Made by a program: the position numbers and the translations under genes | NCBI RefSeq assembly: GCF_021028975.2 | Contig: NC_059428.1 | Span: 147,952,348 to 147,996,000, forward strand | Source of the DNA: Sphaerodactylus townsendi | Lineage: Eukaryota | DNA: 43,653 nt | Direction of reading: 5' to 3' | In this document: one piece after another, positions 34,301 through 43,653 of the stretch | How positions within the stretch are numbered: position 1 is the first letter of the stretch | How the letters are laid out: every line of letters starts with the position of its first letter | Notes under the pieces: model-generated | What the model was told of the DNA's origin: nothing | The model's input: the letters and a program-made list of their open reading frames with translations, nothing else | The model's database searches: none

Positions 34301-36451
34301 GGAGATTCAAGCTGGGTTCTCTTAGCTCCTCCCAGTTGGACATTTCTAACCACCACACGACACTGGCTCTGTAACCTAGCTTTCTCCCTGACACGGCAAT
34401 TCCCTGTGACCTGTGGAATGGATTATTCCATTGCGCAATGTAACCACTGTACTGCGTTGGTGTCCCCTGCATCCTTAAAGTGGCACAGCGGGCATATCAT
34501 TTTAGCAAGAGAATCCATCTCCCTTCCATCAAACTTGGCTCAATTCCCATTTCGACTCAAGACTCTTTTCTGAGGGCCTCACGTAGGTGGTGACTCCACA
34601 GCAGTCGCGGCCGCATCGCACACGGTCTCTGAATGCTGCCCCGTGCGGCTTACTAACAAATTTTCACTCACCTGTTTTCCCCTGCCTAGCATTGTCCTGA
34701 CCTTTGCTCATACCAGCTTCTATTAAGCTTCTCGCGTGGTGTTGCGGTTAAGAGCAGGTGGATTCTAATCTGGAGAACCGAGTTTGATTCCCCACTCCTC
34801 CACATGAGCAGTGGACTCTTACCTGGTGAACTGGATTTGGGTCGCCACTCCTACATTCCTGCTGGGTGATCTTTGGCCAGTCACAGTTCTCTCTGAACTT
34901 TCTCAGCCCCACCTGCCTCACAAGGTGTCTTTTGCAGGGAAAAGGAGTTTGTAAGCCCCCTTGAGTTTGTAAGCCCCCTTCCAAGAGAGAAAAGTGGGAT
35001 ACGAATCCAAATTCTTCTTCGTCAGCTCTCACCGGGTGACATTGGGTGAGAGCTGACGAAGTGAGAGCTGACGTACATGTGGCTAAACTGACGTTACAGG
35101 ATTGTCGCTGTGAGGATGCAGCGGAAGCTTAAAAAATGATGCAGAATCTTCTTTGGATTCTCCTTGGGGAGAAAAGCAGGGTGTGAATATCTAGATGGAA
35201 AAATACTTCATTAAGTCTGAGGTTCAAGGGAGGTGAAGTTCTGCATCCCAGTGATGGAAGGAGCCCTGTGGAAAGAAGGCGAATGTGCCAGTCTGGCTGG
35301 GAGAGCTCACCTAACCACACCTTTGAATGCATCTGGATGAAGATCGTTGTCTGAAGCACTGCATTGAGTGGGGGGTGGCGATTTTGTATTTGTCTTCCAG
35401 GGAAAGTTTCCTGCCTTTTACCAGTACGCAAAAACATTTAACTCAGACGACTTTGATTACGAGGCTCTAAAGAATGACGACTTCGTCTTCATGAGGTGGA
35501 AGGTAAAGATGCATTTTCCCACTGGGGGGGTGGGGGTACCTTGCTGAAGATGTCGCACTGAGAGGGCAGCATCGCAGCGAGTAAAGGTTGAGCCATCGAA
35601 GATCAATCTGGAAAGCAAATGTTCGCAGCCCTGGTTGCTTGGTGGTTGTAGTGGTTAAGAGCAGGTGCCCTCTAATCTGGAGAACCAGGTTTGATTCCCA
35701 GCTCTGCCACTGGAGCTGTGGAGGCTTATCTGGGGAACCAGATTAGCTGGTGCACTCCCAACACATGGAAGAAGAAAAGAAAGAAAAATGTTATTTTAAA
35801 AAGTTTCCAGCCCCGCCTTGTGTAGCGCAGACGAGGTCACCACGCACGCACGCACTTCCAACGCTATTTTAACTCTCTGTGTTCTTATTCCTGCCGTTTT
35901 TAATTTTTTCTCTGCCCAGGAACAGTTCTTGGTGCCTGATCACACCATTAAAGACATCAGCGGGGCTTCTTTTGCCGGGTTTTATTACATCTGCTTCCAG
36001 AAATCTGTGGCATCTATAGAGGGCTATTATTATCACAGGAGCTCAGAATGGTAAGAAATTCCACCTTTTGGTCTCTCCCCCGGCAGGTGGGTTTTGCTTT
36101 TTGCTCTGCAGCCTCTTAGGCTTCCCTTACTCGCTGCTTCTGATCGCTGGCTGGACTGCCGCTGTTTCTCCTGCTCCGGTGAAACCAAGCATGCAGTCTG
36201 TGTCTCTATCTTGACGACAGCAGAGCAAACCTTCCCAGACGTGAACAAGAAAATGGGTTGAGAAGTGAACTTCTTGGCTTCAGAGGGAGGGAAAGCTGTG
36301 GATTAAATAAAGCCCAAGGTCCAAATGCAAAGAGAAATAAGGGACAGGCTGTTTCGCTTCAGGTGCCTTTTTTTGGCTTTCCCACAGGTACCAATCCCTA
36401 AATCTGACCCACGTCCCCGAGTACAGCGCACCCATTTACGAATTCCGGTGA
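28320..36451 (+). CDS. GID4: GID complex subunit 4 (Pro/N-degron receptor of the CTLH E3 ligase), 224 aa from ATG 28320
   Basis: Exons: 28320-28529, 33802-33861, 33977-34084, 35401-35502, 35920-36050, 36388-36451 (TGA), all GT-AG. Peptides [59 protein letters not shown]...[18 protein letters not shown]...APIYEFR. An in-frame upstream ATG lies at 28200. Confidence 0.96.
28590..29365. repeat. Low-complexity alternating purine-pyrimidine (CA/TG/TA/CG) tract
   Basis: Directly visible at the start of GID4 intron 1. Confidence 0.8.
29368..29599. mobile_element. Tc1/mariner (pogo-like) MITE
   Basis: TIR CC(C/G)TGTTTCCCC(T/G)AATATAAGACA, TA on both flanks, internal repeats of AAATAAGACAT. Confidence 0.85.
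29772..30502 (+). mobile_element. 5S rRNA-derived SINE carrying two nested Squam3-like SINEs (about 29833-30117 and 30205-30443)
   Basis: 5S-like GATCTC..AAGC [insert] GCAGGGTTGG...GTTAG..CTTGGATGGGAGACC, then tail GGCAATGGCAAACCA [insert] GGGGTCACCATAAATCAGCTGTGACTTG. Confidence 0.72.
30640..30925 (-). mobile_element. Non-CR1 LINE ORF2 C-terminal fragment with CCHC zinc knuckle
   Basis: Minus frame [22 protein letters not shown]...AVAKFL; clade not determined. Confidence 0.65.
31947..32041. mobile_element. hAT-type MITE (family 2), internally deleted
   Basis: Both TIR ends present, most of the left arm missing. Confidence 0.82.
33309..33404 (-). mobile_element. Short Penelope-type insertion with 13-bp TSD
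   Basis: GAATGGTTAGGTG at 33296-33308 and 33405-33417; inserted in an older minus-strand SINE. Confidence 0.8.
33359..33401 (-). ncRNA. Minimal type I hammerhead ribozyme motif
   Basis: Minus strand reads UCCU-CUGAAGA-U-GCCAGC-CACCGAU-GCAGGC-GAAA-C-GUC-GGGA: core boxes, stems I and II and a GUC cleavage triplet. Confidence 0.7.
34736..35020 (+). mobile_element. tRNA/CORE-type SINE (Squam3-like), full length
   Basis: A/B boxes, CORE-like block, TTC tail. Confidence 0.85.
35643..35765 (+). mobile_element. Squam3-like SINE, 5' half
   Basis: GTAGTGGTTAAGAGCAGG...GGTTTGATTCCC. Confidence 0.8.
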
Positions 36452-39400
36452 CCGTGATTACGACAATAGCGAGAGGTGGGCAGAGGGGGTCCGGGAAAGA
36501 GAACGTCTCCGTGAAGACGACGGCTGCGTCCCTGTCGGAACTGGAGGCTCTAGGCTCTCGCCTTTGCCGGGAAACCAGAATGCTGTAGGAATGCAGGTGT
36601 TGGAGCCCAGCGCTTCTTCCAGCTGCGTGGGGATATATGAAAACTTTAACCTCCTTTTAAAGCTCCCTTTTTTCAATTATCTTTTTCTGACTGCCCAGCG
36701 CATCCCGTCTATCACTGAGTACACTCCCCTCCTGCGTCTTTCTTTGGGTGGGAGGAGTTGGCTAGCCCTCACTGGATTTCACTTTGAATAGAGGAAAACG
36801 CCTCCCTGTCCATTCAGATTTTTTTCCAGCAGTCCCTTGCACGGGATGGCTTTAAGAGTCGCCACCCGGAGAGTGTGCTGGCTTTCCGACTAGAAGCTGG
36901 CCCGACTTTCGGTTCTGAGCTTTAGCCGCTGCAAGGAAGCCATTGGTCGAAGGAGCAGAGCCCGACAAACCGTCTGTTAACCGTGAGCCGGCAAGATGGG
37001 GCCTCCCCGGGGATGGGAGCCAATTGCGGGGGCCCAAGCAGTTGTCTTCACCGCGTCAAAAGGGAATTGCTTCAGCCGTTCTGTCAAAATGCAAACGGAA
37101 TTCTGCTCGTGCAAAGACTGAGAGATTAAAAGGAGGGACTTTAAAGACAAGTCAGAGAACACTTTTTTTTAAATGGCCTGTTTTACCAGTAATCCCCCAA
37201 GGATGCTACACCAAGGGTTCGTCGTGACACTTTACTGGGTTTGCAGGGAGTGGGGGTGGGCGGGAGGCTGTGAATGTCAGTGTGTGGAGGGGTGATCTCT
37301 GTGTAACAACCCAGGAGCATTTTGACTCCCGCCTGCCCCCGAGGCAAGCATTTAACAGTGGCGTGCAAGTCGAACCAGCTGGCCCACGGCTCCGATTCTT
37401 CATGCTGCATTTAAATATATATATATATATATATATATGTGGTATTTGCTACATTCTTCTCAGACAAAGAACCTTCCCATAAAAATCAAATAAAAACTGC
37501 TCTGCTAGGACTTGGATGTTCACTCACACAAGGCTGACGTGCCAAATTTTGCACGCACGGGGAGCGTAAGAAAAAGTTGTCGTTTTTTTCTAATTGGTTT
37601 GTTTGGACTTGGGGCTGACTTCTATTTGATTTTGTCTGTTATTGTGGGGGTGGGGTGTGTGGAAATGGACCGCGGTTCCCCTGATTGGTCAAGCGGAGAA
37701 ACCACATGCAATCCATGGGCCTCTCTTTGCAAAAATCTCCTCTCTTTGCAAAACTAGTTCTTTTCCCTTAACACAAATTCAAAGGCAAAGCTTAAATTGA
37801 GACCTGCTGGCTGAGAAGAACCGGCCGTCAAAGGTTGCGCTGTGGTTTGGCTACCACGCGTGTGGAGCCTGGCACTGGACGGTTCTTATTCTACGTGGTT
37901 CAGAAGCGAGATTCTGTCGTCCAGGATGAATGTTTGGGAGGTGCTACTGGGTATGAGTGCAGTTTCTGACGAGCTAGTTCACAGATGTTGTGGTCCAAAG
38001 AGATACCTGAAAGCAGGTGGAGAAAGTCTGTTAACGTGTCCGAAATCCAAAAGATGGCCAATTGGGGCGGGGGAGCACAGACTTTATAACTTTGTGTCGC
38101 TCCTTTCTATAGTGAATTATACAAAATGAGGAAAGTGCGTAACTTGGACAGGTTTTAGCTGTCTAGCTTCACTGCAGGTGGAATGAGAGAATCCGTACAA
38201 GATTGCCCCCCTCCGGTAGCTGAACCTTTGCAGGATTTAAAAAAAAATTAATTACAACTTTCAAGCAAACTTTCAATTATTTGCTTTTTAAAGCAAAGTC
38301 TGTTACAAATTTCTGCTTCCTTATTCAAGCTTGCTGTGAGGGGTGGGCAATATATTGTTCTCTGTGGGGCCGAATTGCTAATTCCTCAATTAATGGAAAT
38401 GTGAGGGTCTTGAAGGCATCTTTATTTTAAATCAAGCGTTTGGAATAAAACGCAAGGGACAGTCTCCAACACAGACCTGGCAAGAGAGCTTGAATGCCAC
38501 AGCGGAAGAAAGCCTGCATTTCACTGCCCTGTGCCTGTCACCTTTTGTTTTGAAGAGGCAAGGATGCAGGCTTCAGAACGCGCAGGGCAAGCAGCTCAGG
38601 TCTCAGGAGCGAATCCTCAGCGGATCCATTGTGAAATCTGCAATCTTCCGAAAAGATGGTCTGGAATCCTTTGGGATGTGGTCGTTAACTACGATGCCTT
38701 CTCAAAACCAGAAAAGAGAGCGGGTATGGCCTCTACAGATCCCCTTTGGAGAATTGAGTGTTCACGTTAACGTTAGATCCATTTCCCTGCCTTGCTGGGC
38801 GTCATCTGCTAGCGGGCCACCCAGAAAAGCAAACATGCAAATGCACTAGGAGATGTGTTTGCTGCCTTTCCAGGTTGGACCAGTAAGAAGCCAGGAGTCA
38901 CGTACCTTTTGCAGAAGGCCTGAAATACATTAATAAGCTAAGAGGCCATGATTTGCTGCCACAGGAGCAGAGCGTGACAGGCAGCCTTATGCTTGCTTAT
39001 GAGTTGAGTCTAGTTTTTGCTTGGCATACCTTGAGTGGAGTTCTTTCCTTGGTATGACGCCCATTGAATGAAAAGCTATTATTGTGGGAGGGAGAAAATA
39101 CTAATTCAGTGATGCTTTTGGTCATTTAAATCTGCTCCAGAGCTGTGTGTGAGGGTCTTCTGTTTACCTGACCCCCACTCCCCAGTGGGATTTTATGTTT
39201 GCCTTCTATCTCCTATTTATAGTGGACAAAGCACCCCATCTTTAAAAAGAAAAATATGGGCTAAGAGTGTTACGAATACAACTGTTAGTTCCAAATAGGG
39301 GGGTGGGTTGTGTTTCCACAACCTCAGGTCCCTCCCCAGCTCTCTGCAAGTTCTGTTTATTTACACAGCAGATTGAAAAAGAAAAGAGAGAGAACTAAAA

Positions 39401-40260
39401 TGGGCGACAGATTCCTTAAGACTTTTGGAAAGCAATTTAAAGATGTCTGCCCGGAAAGGAAACTTAAGAACCCCGTAGGTCTACCTGTAGGGCCCTGGAT
39501 CCTGGCCAGGGCCCAGAAATGAGAGGCTAATTCCTGTTGAACTGCATTCTCCTTTCAAGCCAAGCATGTTTCGTTCCCCAGATCTTTCCAATGCCGTGGG
39601 GGAAGCCCTCTGGCTGCGTCCCGCCCTTCCAAACAGTTTAGGGAAAGAATTGTTGCTGACTTCCCGGGATTTGTCTTTTGCAGTTCAGCCGGTTCTTCAC
39701 GCTATTTTAAAGAAAATGTTGGCCTTTTGCAAGCAAAATTAGTCAAGCCCCAGACCATTTTCTGTTGCTGTGATATTTGCAGAGTTCTTAGGGTCAGACC
39801 CCAATTCAGTGATTCCACCCAAAGCCTCCTGGTTCTTTAAAAATAAATGTGTACAGCAGAGCATTTTAAAAAAGGAAATACGTTCCTTGGGTTTTTCAGA
39901 ACAAGAGCCTTTTTCTTTATGCCCTGCTTTTTGGTTCTCTTCCCCCCTCCCCCATCCCTTCAATTCACCCCTTTTTATACATTTTGCTAGATGTCAAAAG
40001 GAAAGGACTAAAAAGTGATTGCTTTAGTCTCGAGGTGGATATCACAAGCCGGGTCGCGTTACAGCCAGTGTTGCCTATGACGTGGGGAATATTTGGACTC
40101 GGAATGGGGTTGGGTTGGGGGGGGGTTTGAGGAGTTTTTATAAAGCTAACTTGTAAATCAGAGTATCAAAGAATATTTATAGACAATGTGCTGAGAAGGT
40201 TCTGCGGGGTTTGCAGAGTTATCGGTGTCCAAATAAAAGAGAAAAAAATGTCTTAATGGG
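36452..40260 (+). other. Probable long GID4 3' UTR with alternative poly(A) signals
   Basis: About 3.8 kb with no recognisable transposon; AATAAA at 37489, 38444, 39842 and 40232, the last followed by a GT/T-rich tract. Confidence 0.5.
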
Positions 40261-40784
40261 GACTGTATGCGTGTCCTTTTTTAAAAAAACATTTGGCATG
40301 GCTTTTGGGGGGGACCAAAGGCCAGGACTTACTACGTGCGAAGCAAATGTGTTAACTACTGTTAAGAGGTCAAGATTGGAACCTGGGAGAGCCGTTTCCC
40401 AAACCCCGCTCTGCTCACTGGGAGACCTTGGGCCAGTCCCAAATTTTCGGCTTGGCCTACCTCACAGAGCTGTTGGGAAGAGACAGTGGGGAAGGGTGGC
40501 CAGTGGGGCTTCTCGAAACTCTTAGGAGGACTGTGGGTAGAAACACACAGAGCCCAAAGCCTTCTCAAGTGTCCTTGAAAAGTCTCCCTAGCAGCCTTCC
40601 ACCCGTTGCTTCATACCAGTTCCCTTAGAGAACAATGCAGCCTATTTAGTTGATGTGGGGTGACAAATTCATGGAGGGTCATTTTATCTCTGCGAGTCAA
40701 CTTTTGATTCAGCAGTCTCTGGGACAAGGCAATGGCAGCTGCCAATCAGCCCCATTTCCCAAACTTTTAGGAGTTTCCTACCCC

Positions 40785-40926
40785 CAGCCATGGGGTTTTC
40801 AAGGCAAGGGACGTACAGAGGCCATTTGCCACTTGCATCCCTTGACTGTCGTGATGATCTCCCATCCAAATGCTAACCAGGACCCACCTACTGAACTTCC
40901 AAGATCTGACTAGCCTGAGCTATCCA
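40785..40926 (-). mobile_element. 5S rRNA-derived SINE, degenerate
   Basis: TCTCCCATCCAAATGCTAACCAGG...CTTCCAAGATCTGAC, with the same tail as 3499-3672. Confidence 0.62.
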
Positions 40927-41306
40927 CACGCAGGTCCACGGCTCCTCTTATGGCCCTTTCCGCACGTGCAGGATAATGCGCATTCAATCCATTTTGGATT
41001 GAATGTGAAAAATAACCAGCCCATCCCCAAATAACCAGGAATTTCCCAGCCTAGAATTGGCAGCTGTGGGATATTTTCCATTCACGCCTATTTTAAAATG
41101 TGTACCATTTAGAAGAAATCAACGTGGACGACAGCTTTAGGAGGCTAAGCGTGTCTTCTCTTGGAATTAAGTTCGCCGCTGTTTGCTTTCTGGTATAACG
41201 GTTGTACTGGCCAGAAACTCTGTGCCTCTTCTGCCTCTCGGAAAGCTTAGGTTAAAAGTCAGATTGACAGTTTCCCAGAATTACAACTCCTATCCCGATT
41301 AGATGT

Positions 41307-41422
41307 CATAGAATGATGGAGTTGGAAGAGACCCCAAGGGCCATCCAGTCCAACCCCCAGCTGCGCAGGGGGTTAGACTTGATGGTCCTTGGGGTCTTCT
41401 TCCAACCCTATCATTCTATGAT
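41307..41422. repeat. Inverted pair of CR1 subfamily B 3' ends (hairpin)
   Basis: Two ~50-bp arms that are reverse complements of each other around CAGCTGCGCAG. Confidence 0.82.
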
Positions 41423-41460
41423 CTCTAAGATCAATTTCCTTGAAGAACATAGTTCCTTCC

Positions 41461-41752
41461 GAAGAAGAAGAGTTGGATTTATATCCCCCCTTTCTCTCCT
41501 GCAGGAGACTCAAAGGGGCTTACAATCTCCTTGCCCTTCCCCCCTCACAACAAGCACCCTGTGAGGTGGGTGGGGCCGAGAGAGCTCAGAAGAGCTGTGA
41601 CTAGCCCAAGGTCACCCAGCTGGCGTGTGTGGGAGTGTACAGGCTAATCTGAATTCCCCAGATAAGCCTCCACAACTCAAGTGTCAGAGCTGGGAATCAA
41701 ACCCGGTTCCTCCAGATCAGAGTGCACCTGCTCTTAGCCACTACGCCACTGC
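41461..41752 (-). mobile_element. tRNA/CORE-type SINE (Squam3-like), full length
   Basis: Near-identical to 12121-12443. Confidence 0.88.
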
Positions 41753-42607
41753 TTCTCCCCGAGAAGGTTCTCTGACTTTATACCCTGCCTCCTTCCAGCT
41801 CTTCTCCTAAATCTCCAAGACTATTAACTGACAGGTGGCAGCTCTAGTTAGGGGGAGAGTGGAGGATCTCGCATTCAGGGCTGACCTCTTTGGAGGAAGA
41901 ATGGTCTCAATATACATAGAGTTTGGGTGAAATTGGCCAGCCAAAAAATAGCCAGGTCTAGGAAGCTACATCCCAGGGCCACTGTTTGAAATACGGGGGT
42001 GGACCAGATCTTCATCTTACGCAACCATTTGTGAATTACAAGTGGGTTCAACATGACCCAGAGCAGTTGCGTAAAAGCTAACAAACAATGGTAGTTCCTG
42101 GGTTTGGGAGAACCCGTCACTGTTTGCTTCCAAAGAACAGGCATATACTAATGTCCATTAGGTTATAGAGACACTTGGCTGGGATTATTTGTTCACAAGG
42201 GGGATGGGTGCATGCGGGGGAGGGCAGATTTTCAAAAGGTAGTTTGGCTCTTTGCTATTTTTCGTATGGTCAGCCACAGGACATTATGTGGTGCAGAGTC
42301 AGGCCTGATTAGCTGCATTCCCAAGGTCATAAATTGCTAGTCCCGAGTAGAAAACTCGGCCCATAACTAACAGGCTGATAATGAATTGTGTTTACTGATG
42401 AGGGAATCCTGCTGTGCAAATCCCAACTAATGATTCACCCACACAATTGCTTCTGAAGGAATACTGAAATCTATTATCAAGCGCCCTCAACAAGCTTTAC
42501 AAACTCAGCAAGGAAATTTTTCTACTCCTTCTCATCACAGATCCTAAGAAATCCTGGAAGGTCACAATTTTTGTAGCGTGGTCATTCTTTTTTTTAAAAA
42601 AAAAATG

Positions 42608-42850
42608 CGGTATACTAGGTAAGAGTAGTGGACTCGAATCTGGAGAGCCGGGTTTGATTCCTCACTCCTCCATATGAGCAGCGGACTTTAATCTGGAGAA
42701 CTGGGTTTGATTCCTCACTTCTCCACATGATCAGAGGACTCTAATATGGTGAACCGGGTTAGATTCGCAGCTCTCTTCGAACTCTCTCAGCCCCACCTGC
42801 CTCAAGGTGTCTGTTGCAGGGCGGGAAGGCAATTGTAAGATGCTTTGAGA
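42608..42850 (+). mobile_element. Squam3-like SINE with tandemly repeated B-box head
   Basis: The unit GGACT..AATCTGGAGA.C.GGGTTTGATTC occurs three times at ~53-bp spacing. Confidence 0.75.
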
Positions 42851-43019
42851 AAAGCTGGGTACAACCCGCCCCCCCTCTTTTGTTCCAAACGCTTCTGGAG
42901 TATTTTGCATTTCAAGAGCGTGGTACATCATCTGGAAATACATCTGCACATTGAGAGCATAAACTCAGCAATCTCTGGTTCCCAAATGGCAACCTATAAA
43001 TGCTCCCAGAAGAGCCCAA

Positions 43020-43160
43020 GGCTCATTCCGCACATGCAGAATAATGCACTTTCAAACTGCTTTCAGTGCTCTTGGAAGCTGTGCGGAATAGCAAAATCCA
43101 CTTGCAAACGGTTGTGAAAGTGGTTTGAAAAGGCATTATTTTGCGTGTGCGGAAGGGGCC
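43020..43160. mobile_element. PIF/Harbinger-like MITE
   Basis: Imperfect TIRs and a 3-bp flanking duplication CAA (43017-43019, 43161-43163). Confidence 0.8.
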
Positions 43161-43339
43161 CAAGAAATTGGGGCGCTTTCAGACTTGCTGAATAATGCGC
43201 TTTAAATCCACTTTGCAGCTGGATTTTAACCACTGGGAAGACATCATCGCCTTGCTGCCTGGGCAGAGGTTGGTTTGTTTTAGTAGCCTCAAAATATGGA
43301 TGGATTTATCCTCCATGAGTTTGTTTATTTCCCAGTTAG

Positions 43340-43537
43340 GCTTCCTCTCCCGCCACCTGCTCCCCCGGGAGTCCCCTGGAGGAAGGATGTTGGGAACGCC
43401 ACCAAACAAATCCGGCTTAAAAGGAGAGTCGAAGCGGCGGAACCAGAAGGCGCGGCTCCGGTTTGCCGGAGGGACACGTTCGCGTGTCGGACCCGCAGAG
43501 ATCCACTTCCGGTTTCTCGCGCTCCCCACCGGCCACG
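43340..43537 (+). promoter_or_regulatory. DRG2 CpG-island promoter / 5' UTR
   Basis: CpG-rich stretch just upstream of the DRG2 ATG with an ETS/GABP-type CACTTCCGG at 43504-43512. Confidence 0.65.
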
Positions 43538-43601
43538 ATGGGGATCCTGGAGAAGATCGCGGAGATCGAGAAAGAGATCGCCCGGACCCAGAAGAACAAG
43601 G
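43538..43601 (+). CDS. DRG2: Developmentally regulated GTP-binding protein 2, first coding exon (gene continues beyond the window)
   Basis: ATG 43538 gives MGILEKIAEIEKEIARTQKNK, then a GT donor at 43602; CpG-rich context; follows GID4 as in the conserved synteny block. Confidence 0.93.
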
Positions 43602-43653
43602 GTACGGGGCGGCGGGGCGGCTGCTCTCCCTGTCCCCTTCCCCCGCTGGGCTT

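Overview
Vertebrate genomic DNA. The repeat content points to a squamate reptile, probably a gecko (inference). The window holds the conserved gene block known from human 17p11.2 (Smith-Magenis region): TOM1L2 (-, coding exons 1-8, 3' part runs off the left edge), DRC3/LRRC48 (+, complete), ATPAF2 (-, complete), GID4 (+, complete) and the first coding exon of DRG2 (+). TOM1L2/DRC3 and ATPAF2/GID4 are head-to-head pairs on CpG islands; DRC3/ATPAF2 are tail-to-tail. Introns are full of CR1 LINE 3' ends, tRNA/CORE-type (Squam3-like) SINEs, 5S rRNA-derived SINEs, hAT/Harbinger/Tc1-mariner-type MITEs, two solo LTRs and Penelope-like fragments. The most notable signals are a ~96-bp TSD-flanked Penelope-type insert that is little more than an intact minimal hammerhead ribozyme, two AT-AC (U12) introns in DRC3, a GC-AG intron in TOM1L2, an overlapping two-strand poly(A) signal between DRC3 and ATPAF2, and one garbled DRC3 exon that is probably an assembly error. 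I see no evidence for a wholly new protein-coding system. Exons were read by eye from splice signals and recalled orthologue sequences; repeat family names come from recall, not from searches, and repeat boundaries are approximate unless a TSD is given.
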